Part shown: positions 17,889 to 27,471 of the stretch, one piece after another
How positions within the stretch are numbered: position 1 is the stretch's first letter
How the letters are laid out: every line of letters starts with the position of its first letter
Program-made: the position numbers and the translations under genes
Assembly (NCBI GenBank): GCA_964490075.1
Contig: CAZBBK010000054.1
Span: 1-40,845 of the forward strand
Source: an uncultured Gemmatimonadota bacterium
GTDB lineage: Bacteria; GCA-2686955
Direction: 5' to 3'
DNA length: 40,845 nucleotides
Notes under the pieces: model-generated
Told to the model about the DNA's origin: nothing
Databases searched by the model: none
What the model saw: the letters and a program-made list of their open reading frames with translations, nothing else

Positions 17889-19957
17889 GCTATCGAATCG
17901 GCATCGACGTGGGCGGCACCTTCACCGATCTCTTCCTCGGGGTCGAGGGGGGGGAGGCCCGCACCCTGAAAGTCCTGTCCACCCCCGCCGACCCCTCCGA
18001 AGGGGTGCTCGAAGGGCTGCGCCGGGCCGCCCAGAGCCAGGGCGTGGAGATCGAGGCTTTCGCGCGCGACACCGAGCTGATCGTGCACGGCACCACCGTC
18101 ACCACCAACGCCGTGCTCACCCGCGGCGGCGCGCGCACCGCCCTGGTGACCACCGAAGGGGTGCGCGACGCGCTGGAGATGCGGCGCGGGGTGCGCGAGC
18201 GGCAGTACGACAACCGTTACCAGAATGTCGAGCCCCTGGTGCCGCGCTGGCTGCGCCTGCCGGTGGCGGGGCGGCTGGGGCCGCTGGGCGAAGAGCTCAC
18301 CCCGCTCGACACCGAGGCCGTGCGCCGGGCGGCGACCGAGCTGCGTCAGGCCGGCGTCGACGCGGTCGCCATCTGCTTCATGCACGCCTATGCGAATCCC
18401 GGGCACGAGCAGGCGGCGGCGCGCATCGTCCGCGAGGAGCTGCCCGGCGCCTTCCTGAGCATCTCCAGCGAGGTGCTGCCGACGGTGCGCTTCTACGAGC
18501 GGGTCTCGACCACCGTGCTGGGGGCCTTCGTCGGCCCGGTGCTGGCCGACTACCTGGAGAGCCTCACCGGGCGCCTCGCCGGAATCGGCTTCCGCGGCGT
18601 GCTCCTGATCATGCAGTCGAACGGCGGCGTGGCGGCGCCCGAGCTGAGCGCCGCCCAGCCCGCCGGAACCCTGCTCTCGGGGCCGGCCGCCGGTCCGCGC
18701 GCCGCCGCGGCCTTCGCGGCGGAGCAGGATTCCGAGGACTGCATCCTGGTCGACATGGGCGGCACCAGCTTCGACGCTTCGCTGGTGCGCGCCGGCGTGG
18801 CCGCGCTCTCCACCGAGGGGCGCATCGACCGCCTGTGCAACGCCTTGCCGATGCTGGAGATCACCACGATCGGCGCGGGTGGCGGCAGCATCGGCTGGAT
18901 CGACGAGGGGGGACTGTTGCGCATGGGGCCGAGCTCGGCGGGCGCCCTTCCCGGTCCCGCCTGCTACGGGCGCGGTGGCACGCGCCCGGCCTGCACCGAT
19001 GCCGACCTGCTGCTCGGCTACCTCGATCCCGAGTTCTTCGCCGGGGGCAAGCTGCCCCTCGAGGTGGAGCGCGCGCGGGCGGCGATCGACGAGGCCATCG
19101 CCACGCCGCTGGGCATCGGGATCGAGGAAGCGGCCGCCGGCATGTACCGCGTCATCAACGCCAACATGGCCAACGGCGTGCGCGAGATCACGGTCAAGCG
19201 CGGCCTCGATCCGCGCGAGTTCGTCATGGTCGTGGCGGGCGGCGCCGGGCCTCTGCACGCCTGCATGATCGCCGCCGAGCTGGAGATCCCGACCCTCCTG
19301 GTGCCGAGCAGCGCGTCGGTGCTCTGCGCCACCGGAATGTTGCTCTGCGATCTGCAGCACGACTACGTCCGCTCCTGTGTCGTCGAGCTCGACGACGCGG
19401 CCGTCGGCCGAGTGGCGGAGCTGGTCGCGAAGATGAGCGCCGAGGGGGAGCAACAGTTGCGGCTGGAAGGGGCGCCGGCGATCGAGCACCAGGCATTCCT
19501 CGATCTGCGCTATCTGAAGCAGTACCACGAGGTCACCGTCGAGCTGCCGGCCGCCGCCCTCGAGGCGGGCGATCTCGGTGCCGTCGCGGACGCCTTTCAC
19601 GCCGAGCACAATCGGCTCTACGGCTACGATCTCGCCACGCAAGAGGCGCCGCTGGAGCTGATCAGCGTTCGCCTGCGCTCGCTCGGGCGCACCGAAAAAC
19701 CGTCGCTGCCGCGTCTCCAGCGAGGCGCCGTCGAAGTCTCCGGCGCGTTGAAGACCCGGCGCTGCACCTACGTGCCGGAGCTGAACAGCTACCGCGAGGT
19801 CCCGGTGCTGGACGGGCACCGGCTCGCCGCGGGGAACCGTTTCGAGGGTCCCGCTCTGGTCGAGAGAATCGACACCACTGTTTTCGTGAGCGCCGCCTTT
19901 CGCGCCGAGGTCGACGCCCTGGGCAGTCTGCTGCTGAGTCGCAAGGCGAGCGACTGA
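17885..19957 (+). CDS. Hydantoinase/oxoprolinase A subunit (ATP-binding), IaaC-like by context
   Basis: IDVGGTFTD, HGTTVTTNA, SGPAAG, DMGGTS, GAGGGS, PGPACY. Confidence 0.93.
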   Translation: MSYRIGIDVGGTFTDLFLGVEGGEARTLKVLSTPADPSEGVLEGLRRAAQSQGVEIEAFARDTELIVHGTTVTTNAVLTRGGARTALVTTEGVRDALEMRRGVRERQYDNRYQNVEPLVPRWLRLPVAGRLGPLGEELTPLDTEAVRRAATELRQAGVDAVAICFMHAYANPGHEQAAARIVREELPGAFLSISSEVLPTVRFYERVSTTVLGAFVGPVLADYLESLTGRLAGIGFRGVLLIMQSNGGVAAPELSAAQPAGTLLSGPAAGPRAAAAFAAEQDSEDCILVDMGGTSFDASLVRAGVAALSTEGRIDRLCNALPMLEITTIGAGGGSIGWIDEGGLLRMGPSSAGALPGPACYGRGGTRPACTDADLLLGYLDPEFFAGGKLPLEVERARAAIDEAIATPLGIGIEEAAAGMYRVINANMANGVREITVKRGLDPREFVMVVAGGAGPLHACMIAAELEIPTLLVPSSASVLCATGMLLCDLQHDYVRSCVVELDDAAVGRVAELVAKMSAEGEQQLRLEGAPAIEHQAFLDLRYLKQYHEVTVELPAAALEAGDLGAVADAFHAEHNRLYGYDLATQEAPLELISVRLRSLGRTEKPSLPRLQRGAVEVSGALKTRRCTYVPELNSYREVPVLDGHRLAAGNRFEGPALVERIDTTVFVSAAFRAEVDALGSLLLSRKASD

Positions 19958-19971
19958 GAGAGGAACGCGCC

Positions 19972-21717
19972 GTGCCCCGAGTCGACAAGGTCCTCGCCGC
20001 CATCATCGGCAACGCCCTGAAGGCCATCACCGACGAGATGAGCCTGACGATGGAGAAGACCACCCGCTCGCCGATCCTCTGCGAGGCCAAGGATTTTGTC
20101 ACCGGCCTCTACGACGCCGAGGGGCGCATGCTGGAGCAGACCGAGAACCTGCCGATCCTGAGCTTCTCGCTGAGCCCGGTCTGTCGCCATATCGCCGAGC
20201 GTTTCCGGGGCGAGGTCTACCCGGGCGACGTCTTCTTCCACAACGATGTCTTCAGCTTCGGCAACCAGAACAACGATGTCGCCGCTTTCAAGCCGATCTT
20301 CTTCGAAGACGAGCTGGTGGCGTGGTCGGCGGCCAAGGGCCACCAGGCCGACATCGGCGGCGCGGTGCGCGGCGGCTACAACCCGGCCGCGACCGAGGTC
20401 TGGCAAGAGGCGCTGCGCATCCCGGCGGTCAAGGTGATCGAGCGCGGCGAGCTGCGGCGCGACGTCTGGGACCTGATCTTCGCCAACATCCGGCTCGACA
20501 TCGTCCAGGACGACATGCGCGCCGAGATCGGTGCCTGCACGGTGGGCGAGCGCCGGCTGCAGGCGCTCTTGGGGAAGTATGGACTGCACTCTTTCGAGGA
20601 GCACAAGGAGTATCTCTTCGATGCCTCGCGCAAGATGATGCAGGCGGAAATCCGCGGCATCCCCAACGGGAGCTACCGGGGGGAAGCGACGGTCTATTTC
20701 GACGGCAAGACACCGGGGTCCACCTACCAGATTCGGGTCCGCATCAGGGTCGACGACGAGCACATCGTATTCGACTACTCCGATAGCGACGCCCAGACCG
20801 ACGGCTTCGTCAACGGCACCTACACCTCCAGCGCGTCGGCGACCATCCTCACCTTCCTGCAGATGGTGAACCCCGACATCCCCCACAACGACGGCATGAT
20901 CCAGCCGATCGACATCATCATTCCCGAGGGTACCATCCTCAACGCGGCCTACCCGGCGGCGACCACCTTCGGCAACCATCTCTGTCCGCCCAACGCCGAT
21001 GCCATCATCCGCGCCCTGCATCCGGTGATCCCCGAGCGGGTGGGAGCCGGGTGGAATCAGCTTCTTTGCTCGCTCTCCACCGGCCACCATCCTCGTCGCG
21101 ACGACACCTATGTCGACATCCTCTTCATGGGGCTCAAGGGCGGATCGGGCGCCATGGACGGCGTCGACGGCTACGACCACATCGGCATGATCGACGCCTC
21201 GGGCGGCCTGCTCGACCAGGACTACGAGATGTTCGAGCACATGACGCCGCATCATCTGGTGCGTCACGAGTATCTGTGCGACTCGGCGGGCGCGGGACGC
21301 AATCGCGGTGGACTGGGGGTCGAGACGGTCTACCGTGTGGGCAGCGACGACACTCAGATCGTCACCTTCGGCGACGGCGACGTCGAGCCGGCTTTCGGTC
21401 TCTTCGGCGGCCGGTCGGGGTCGCTGAACCGGATCGAGCTGCGGCGGCCGGACGGCGAGGTGACGCGACCGACCAGCAAGGACCTGCTGAGCGGCGTGAA
21501 ATCCGGAACCGTCTACCTGCAGCACGCCGGTGGCGGCGGCGGCTTCGGCGATCCTCGCGAGCGGCCCGCGGCGAAGGTCGCGGCCGAGGTTCGCGACGGC
21601 ATCATCTCGCTGCAGAGCGCCCGCGACGACTATTCCGTGGCCCTCGACCCGGACTCCTTCGAGCTGCTGGAGGAGGAGACCGAGCGGCTGCGGGCCGAAA
21701 AGAAGGAGAGCGACTGA
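19972..21717 (+). CDS. Hydantoinase/oxoprolinase B subunit, IaaE-like by context
   Basis: RSPILCEAKDF, PGDVFFHND, HQADIGG, DSAGAGRNRGG, GGGGGFGDP. GTG start at 19972. Confidence 0.93.
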   Translation: MPRVDKVLAAIIGNALKAITDEMSLTMEKTTRSPILCEAKDFVTGLYDAEGRMLEQTENLPILSFSLSPVCRHIAERFRGEVYPGDVFFHNDVFSFGNQNNDVAAFKPIFFEDELVAWSAAKGHQADIGGAVRGGYNPAATEVWQEALRIPAVKVIERGELRRDVWDLIFANIRLDIVQDDMRAEIGACTVGERRLQALLGKYGLHSFEEHKEYLFDASRKMMQAEIRGIPNGSYRGEATVYFDGKTPGSTYQIRVRIRVDDEHIVFDYSDSDAQTDGFVNGTYTSSASATILTFLQMVNPDIPHNDGMIQPIDIIIPEGTILNAAYPAATTFGNHLCPPNADAIIRALHPVIPERVGAGWNQLLCSLSTGHHPRRDDTYVDILFMGLKGGSGAMDGVDGYDHIGMIDASGGLLDQDYEMFEHMTPHHLVRHEYLCDSAGAGRNRGGLGVETVYRVGSDDTQIVTFGDGDVEPAFGLFGGRSGSLNRIELRRPDGEVTRPTSKDLLSGVKSGTVYLQHAGGGGGFGDPRERPAAKVAAEVRDGIISLQSARDDYSVALDPDSFELLEEETERLRAEKKESD

Positions 21718-22832
21718 TGGATCTGCGGCTGACAGAGATCCAGGAGGCCGTGCGCGACACATTTCGCGAGTTCGCCGAGCGCGAGGTGCGGCCCCAGGCC
21801 GATGCCCTCGATGCCGAGCCGCGTTTTCCCGCCGAGCTCTTCGCCCGGGCCGGCGAGCTCGGTCTGTTCGGGATGCGCTACCCCGAGCCGGAGGGCAGCG
21901 GCGCCGACGCCCTCTGCTACGTGCTCGCCATGGAGGAGATCGCGCGCGGCAGTCTGGCGGTCGCGGCGGCCTGCGCCATGCAGTCGCTGATGGGAACCTA
22001 CCTGGTGCACCGCCACACCGAAGGCGAGATCCGCGCGCGCCTGGTTCCGCCGATGCTGGCCGGCAAGATCGTCGGCACCATCTGCATGACCGAGCCCGAC
22101 GCCGGGAGCGATCTGGCGGCGGTGAGCACGCGTGCCGAGCAGCGGGGCGGAGAGTGGCGCATCACCGGCGGCAAGACGTGGATCACGTCGGCGCCGGTTG
22201 CCGACGTATTTACAGTATTGGCGCGCACCGGGCCGAAGGAGCTGTCGTTCTTTATGGTCGAAAAGGGGGCGCATGGGCTGTCGGTCGGTCGCGCCATCCA
22301 CAAGACCGGGGTGCGCGCGTCGCTGACCTCGGAAGTGTCGTTCGACGATGCTCCCGCGACCTGCCCGCTCGGCGAGCCCGGCGAAGGGATGGGCACCCTG
22401 CGCGAGATCCTGGCCGAGATCCGGGTGATGACGGCCGCGCTGGCGGTTGGTGTGGCGCGCGCCGCGTTCGAGGATGCGTCCGCCTATGCCGCCGAGCGTC
22501 GCCAGTTCGGTAAGCCGATCAACCGATTCCAGCTGGTGCAGGAGCACCTGGCCGAGATGGCGGTCGATCTCGAGGCGGCGCGGCGCATGACCTACTGGGC
22601 GGCGTGGCGTGGCGACCAGGGTCTGGAGAACGCGCACCAGGCATCGATGGCCAAGCTCTTCGCGTCGGAGGCGGCGCTGCGAGTCTGCGACCGGGCCTGC
22701 CGGGTGCTGGCCAGCTACGGTTTTGCCTCCGAGTACCCGGTCGAGCGCTACCTGCGCGACGTGCGTTTCACGCTGATCGGCGGGGGCACGTCGGAGATCC
22801 TGCGCGTCAACATTGCCAGAGGATTGTCGTGA
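21717..22832 (+). CDS. Acyl-CoA dehydrogenase, IaaF-like by context
   Basis: [40 protein letters not shown]. Confidence 0.93.
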   Translation: MDLRLTEIQEAVRDTFREFAEREVRPQADALDAEPRFPAELFARAGELGLFGMRYPEPEGSGADALCYVLAMEEIARGSLAVAAACAMQSLMGTYLVHRHTEGEIRARLVPPMLAGKIVGTICMTEPDAGSDLAAVSTRAEQRGGEWRITGGKTWITSAPVADVFTVLARTGPKELSFFMVEKGAHGLSVGRAIHKTGVRASLTSEVSFDDAPATCPLGEPGEGMGTLREILAEIRVMTAALAVGVARAAFEDASAYAAERRQFGKPINRFQLVQEHLAEMAVDLEAARRMTYWAAWRGDQGLENAHQASMAKLFASEAALRVCDRACRVLASYGFASEYPVERYLRDVRFTLIGGGTSEILRVNIARGLS

Positions 22833-23266
22833 TGAGCGTCGATCGAGCTCGCTCCCGAGAGGAGCGGCGGCTGAAAGTGCTGGTGGCCAAGCCGGGGTTG
22901 GACGGCCACGACGTCGGCGCCAAGATCGTCTGCCGGGCGTTGCGCGACGCCGGCTTCGAGGTGATCTACACCGGGCTCAGGCAGTCCCCCCGGGCGATCG
23001 CCACGGCGGCGCTGCAGGAAGATGTCGACGCGGTCGGCCTGTCGATCCTCTCCGGCGCGCATCTGCCTCTGTGCCAGGCGGTCGCTGCCGCGCTGGCCGA
23101 GGCCGGCATCGAGGAACGGGTGCGCTGGTTCGTCGGCGGCACGATCCCGGAGCGCGACCACGCGCCGCTGCGGGCCCTGGGCGCCTCGGACATCTTCCCC
23201 ACCGGCACCGATTTCGCCGAGATCGCCACTGCCATCCGCCGCGCGGTCGAGGAGGGGCAATCATGA
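22832..23266 (+). CDS. Cobalamin-binding small subunit of an acyl-CoA mutase, IaaG-like
   Basis: [10 protein letters not shown] (DxHxxG), GLSILSG, FVGG. Confidence 0.95.
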   Translation: MSVDRARSREERRLKVLVAKPGLDGHDVGAKIVCRALRDAGFEVIYTGLRQSPRAIATAALQEDVDAVGLSILSGAHLPLCQAVAAALAEAGIEERVRWFVGGTIPERDHAPLRALGASDIFPTGTDFAEIATAIRRAVEEGQS

Positions 23267-24879
23267 GCCGCAAAGAGCAGGGCGAGCCGCGTCCCGTGGT
23301 CTGGGAATCTGGGATCGAGATCCAGCCGGTCTACGACGCAGCCGACGTGCAAGTCTCGGGCGGCCTCGACGCGGTCGGCGAGCCCGGGCGTTTTCCCTTC
23401 ACCCGCGGGATCCACCCGCGGATGTACCGGCAGCGCCCCTGGACCATGCGACAGTATTCGGGCTTCGGCACCGCCGCTGAAACCCACGAGCGTTTTCTCT
23501 ACCTGATCCGCAACGGTCAGACCGGCCTGAACGTCGCGTTCGACCTGCCCACGCAGTGCGGACTGGACAGCGACGATCCCCTGGCGACGGGCGAAGTGGG
23601 GCGGGTCGGCATGGCGGTCGACTCGCTGGCCGACATGGAGGAGGCCTTCGCCGACATCGACCTGAACCGGATCACCGTGTCGCTCACCATCAACGGCGCC
23701 GCGGCCGCGATCATGGCGATGTACTTCGCCATGGCACGCAAGCGTGGCTACCCACTCTCGGAGCTGCGCGGCACCGCCCAGAACGACATCCTCAAAGAGT
23801 TCATCGGTCGCGGCACCTGGATCTACCCGGTCGCGGAGTCGGTGCGCCTGGTCGGCGACACGATGGAGTTCTGCGCGCGCCACGTGCCGCGCTACAGCCC
23901 GGTCAGCGTCTGCGGCTACCACATCCGCGAGTCGGGAGCGACTCCGGCCGAGGAGATGGCCTACGGCCTGGCCATTGCCCGCGCCTACATCGACCATGCC
24001 CTGGAGCGCGGGCTGGCGGTCGACGAGTTCGCCAAGGGGATCTCCTTCAACTTCGACATCCACGGCAATCTGTGGGAGCAGGTGGCGAAGTTCCGGGCCG
24101 GGCGCCGGCTCTGGGCGCGGATTCTGAAAGAGGAGTACGGCGCCGAAAATCCGCGCTCGATGCAGATGCGCATGATCGCCGGCGGCGGGGGCGGCGGTTT
24201 GACGATCGAGGAGCCCGAGAACAACATCACCCGCGGCGCCACCTACGCCATGGCCAGCGCGCTGTCCGGCACCCAGACCATGGCGCTCTGTTCCTACGAC
24301 GAGGCCTACACCATCCCCAGCGAGCACGCCGCCCTGCTCTCGCTGCGCACCATGCAAATCCTGATGCTGGAGACCGGCCTCTGCGACACCGTAGATCCGC
24401 TGGCCGGCTCGTGGTTCGTGGAGACCACCACCAACCAGATGGAGCGCAAGATCCTGGAGATCATGGAGCGGGTCGAGGAAGAAGGTGGCATCGTGCAGGC
24501 GGTCGCCGAGGGCCGGGTGCAGGCCGAGGTCAACCGCCACGCCTACCTGCGCGAGCAACAGATCCGCGCCGGCGAGGTCAAGAAGGTCGGCGTGAACTGC
24601 TGCAAGAGCGACGACGCGGCGGCGACCCGCGAGGTGGAGTTTCATCCCTACCGGGCCGAGGAGGCCGAGAAGCAGATCGCCCGGCTCGAGAAAGTGCGTA
24701 CCGAACGTGATGCGGGGGAGGTCGCGGCGGCTCTGGAGCAGGTGCGGCGGGCGGCGGCGGCCGGAGAAAACGTGATGCCGAGCATTATCGACGCGGTGGA
24801 GATCTACGCCACCGTGGGTGAGGTCTGCGGCGCCCTGCGCAGTGTGTTCGGCGACTACCAGGAGCCGGTGAGGTTTTGA
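23263..24879 (+). CDS. Acyl-CoA mutase large subunit (MCM family) with a divergent substrate pocket, IaaH-like
   Basis: [47 protein letters not shown]. Confidence 0.93.
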   Translation: MSRKEQGEPRPVVWESGIEIQPVYDAADVQVSGGLDAVGEPGRFPFTRGIHPRMYRQRPWTMRQYSGFGTAAETHERFLYLIRNGQTGLNVAFDLPTQCGLDSDDPLATGEVGRVGMAVDSLADMEEAFADIDLNRITVSLTINGAAAAIMAMYFAMARKRGYPLSELRGTAQNDILKEFIGRGTWIYPVAESVRLVGDTMEFCARHVPRYSPVSVCGYHIRESGATPAEEMAYGLAIARAYIDHALERGLAVDEFAKGISFNFDIHGNLWEQVAKFRAGRRLWARILKEEYGAENPRSMQMRMIAGGGGGGLTIEEPENNITRGATYAMASALSGTQTMALCSYDEAYTIPSEHAALLSLRTMQILMLETGLCDTVDPLAGSWFVETTTNQMERKILEIMERVEEEGGIVQAVAEGRVQAEVNRHAYLREQQIRAGEVKKVGVNCCKSDDAAATREVEFHPYRAEEAEKQIARLEKVRTERDAGEVAAALEQVRRAAAAGENVMPSIIDAVEIYATVGEVCGALRSVFGDYQEPVRF

Positions 24880-26090
24880 GCGTGACCGAGGCCAAGCCGA
24901 TCGTCGTCTCCGTGGAGCAAGCGCTGTCGATGTCGTACGCGACCCTGCGCCTGGTCCATCTCGGCTACCGGGTGATCCGCGTCGAGCAGACGCCGGTGGC
25001 GGGGCGGGCGTCGCGCGGCGATCCCAACCGATTCATCGGCCGGCCGGTGGCGGGCGAGGATCGCAGAAGCTACTTCGTGGCGCCGAACGCCGGCAAGGAG
25101 GCGATCGCCCTCGATCTGCAGCAGGCGGCGGGACGCGAGCTGCTGGCGCGGATGGTGCGCGATTTGCCGGTCGACATCTTCTGCACCAACACGCTGCCGG
25201 CGCGCCACCAGAAGCTGGGCATCGACCACCAGACGCTGGCGGAGCAGCGCCCGGAGCTGATCTGGTGCTGCATCTCGGCGATGGGACTGGCGCATCCCGC
25301 GGTGCCGGGCTACGACCCGGTGCTGCAGGCCCTGTGTGGCTACATGGATCTGACCGGTCACCCGGGCGGGACGCCGCTGCAGTGCGGGCCGCCCCTGATC
25401 GACCTGAAGGCGGGCGACGAGGCCTTCGCGCAGATCATGATCGCCCTGCTCGAGCGGGAGCGGCGCGGTGTTGGTGCCTGCATCGACGTGTCGATGGCCC
25501 AGGCGGCGGTGTCGTGGCTACACACTTTTTTGCCGATGCTCGACATGGGCAGCCCGCCCGAGGAGCTGCGCCGCTCCGGCAACGAGCACCGGCAGTTCAT
25601 CCCCGTGAACGCCTACCGCACTTGCGACGGCCACGTCTATGTCGCCATCGGCTCGGACGCCCAGTGGACACGCTTGGTCGCGCGGCCGCTCTTCGGCGCG
25701 CTGGCGCAGGAGCGTTTCGCGAGCAACGAAGGGCGGCGCGCCGCCAAGGCCGATCTGCACGCGGCGATCGAGGCGATCACCTCACGACACACTCGGGCGC
25801 GGATCAGCACCGAGCTGGAGGCGGCGGCCATCCCCCACGCCCCGATCTCGGCGATCGAGGAGGTCGCGGAGCTGCCCTTCGTGCGCGACACCGCACTCCG
25901 GACGGTCGCTCCCGACGGCCGCGAGGTGCGGCTGCCGCCGCCGGCGCTGAGCACGCCGCATCTCGAGTCGATCTCGGGCGAGCTGCCTTTCGCGCCGGCC
26001 TACGGCGAGCACACCGAAGCGCTGCTCGGCGAGCTGGGGGTCGGCGCCAGCGAGATCGCCGAGCTGCGCGGTGCGGGGGTGGTGGCATGA
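24876..26090 (+). CDS. Class III (CaiB/BaiF) CoA transferase, IaaL-like by context
   Basis: VIRVE..GDPNR, NAGKEAIALDL, PGYD..LQA, PPLIDL (catalytic Asp position), APAYGEHT. Confidence 0.9.
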   Translation: MSVTEAKPIVVSVEQALSMSYATLRLVHLGYRVIRVEQTPVAGRASRGDPNRFIGRPVAGEDRRSYFVAPNAGKEAIALDLQQAAGRELLARMVRDLPVDIFCTNTLPARHQKLGIDHQTLAEQRPELIWCCISAMGLAHPAVPGYDPVLQALCGYMDLTGHPGGTPLQCGPPLIDLKAGDEAFAQIMIALLERERRGVGACIDVSMAQAAVSWLHTFLPMLDMGSPPEELRRSGNEHRQFIPVNAYRTCDGHVYVAIGSDAQWTRLVARPLFGALAQERFASNEGRRAAKADLHAAIEAITSRHTRARISTELEAAAIPHAPISAIEEVAELPFVRDTALRTVAPDGREVRLPPPALSTPHLESISGELPFAPAYGEHTEALLGELGVGASEIAELRGAGVVA

Positions 26091-26971
26091 GCGGCTACGG
26101 ACTGCGGCGCTTGCCCTATCGGCGGCCGAGCTCGGTGGCCGAGGCGCTGGAGGAGCGGCTCGGCAGCGCCGGCGCCCGCTACGTCGCGGGAGGCACCGAT
26201 CTGCTGGTGCGCATCAAGGGTGGGGTCGAGCGGCCGGCGCTCCTGGTGTCGCTGCGGGGCATCGAAGAGCTGCGGTCGATCGTCGTGGAGGATGAGACGA
26301 CCACGATCGGCGCCCTGGCGACCTTGAGCGAGATCGGCGCCGCCCCCGAGCTGCGCGCGCGCCACCCGGTGCTCCGCGAGGCGATCCGCGGCATGGCAAG
26401 CGTCCAGATCCGCAATGTCGCCACCCTGGGTGGCAACATCTGCCGTGCCTCCCCCTGCGCCGACGGCGCGCTGCCCCTGATGGTGCTCGGCGCGCGGGCG
26501 CGCATCGCCGGCCGCGGCGCCGGGGAGCGCGAGGTCGCCGTCGAGGAGCTCTTCACCGGCCCCGGCGAGACCTGCCTGGAGCCGGGCGAGCTGCTCACCT
26601 CGATCGTCGTTCCGCGCGCCGCGCAGCCGCGCCGCGGCGTCTGCCTGAAGCAGGGGCGGGTGCGCGTCGATCTCGCCTTCGCCAGCCTCGCCGCGCAGCT
26701 GCGCCTGGCCGCCGACGGCGAGACCTGCGAGCAAGCGCGCGTCGCCGCCGGCGCCGTGGCACCCACACCGCTGCGCCTGGCGCGGGTGGAGACACTTCTG
26801 GAGGGCGAGCGCATGACCCCCGAGCTGCTGCAACGCGCAGCGGAAATCGCGCGCGACGAAGTGCGGCCGATCAGCGACCTGCGCGCGTCGGCCGACCACC
26901 GGCGCCACATCTCCGGCGTGCTCTGCCGGCGCGCCCTGGAGCGGATCCTGGGGGGGAGGGGCGAGTCATGA
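26087..26971 (+). CDS. Xanthine dehydrogenase family FAD subunit
   Basis: AGGTDL, QIRNVATLGGN, ASPCAD, RPISDLRAS. Confidence 0.93.
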   Translation: MSGYGLRRLPYRRPSSVAEALEERLGSAGARYVAGGTDLLVRIKGGVERPALLVSLRGIEELRSIVVEDETTTIGALATLSEIGAAPELRARHPVLREAIRGMASVQIRNVATLGGNICRASPCADGALPLMVLGARARIAGRGAGEREVAVEELFTGPGETCLEPGELLTSIVVPRAAQPRRGVCLKQGRVRVDLAFASLAAQLRLAADGETCEQARVAAGAVAPTPLRLARVETLLEGERMTPELLQRAAEIARDEVRPISDLRASADHRRHISGVLCRRALERILGGRGES

Positions 26972-27471
26972 GCGACCCGGCGCGCAGCAGTATCCGCTTC
27001 ACACTGAACGGCGCCGAGGTCGCCGCCCAGGTCGAAGGCAGCGAGCCCTTGACCGATCTCCTGCGCGACACCTTCGGCCTGGTGGGCACCCGCGAAGGTT
27101 GCGGCAAGGGAGAGTGCGGCGCCTGCACCGTGCTGATCGACGGCCTGGCCGTCAACGCCTGCCTGACGCCGGCGCAAGAGGTCGAGGGCCGCGCCGTGGT
27201 CACCATCGAAGGGCTGGCCGGCCCCGCGGGACGGCTGGCTCCGATCCAGCGCGGTTTCGTGGAGCGGGGCGGCATCCAGTGCGGATTCTGCTCGCCCGGC
27301 ATGATCCTGGCGGCGCAGGCGCTCCTCGAGCGCAGCGATGCGCCGGCGGAGGAGGGGATCCGCGAGGCGCTGGCCGGCAATCTATGTCGCTGCACCGGCT
27401 ACGTACAGATCGTGCGCTCGGTGGAGCGCGGCGCGGAGATCCTGCGCGAGGAGCGGAGGCGCGATGTCTGA
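26968..27471 (+). CDS. Xanthine dehydrogenase family 2Fe-2S subunit
   Basis: GCGKGECGACTV, QCGFCSPG, GNLCRCTGY. Confidence 0.95.
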   Translation: MSDPARSSIRFTLNGAEVAAQVEGSEPLTDLLRDTFGLVGTREGCGKGECGACTVLIDGLAVNACLTPAQEVEGRAVVTIEGLAGPAGRLAPIQRGFVERGGIQCGFCSPGMILAAQALLERSDAPAEEGIREALAGNLCRCTGYVQIVRSVERGAEILREERRRDV

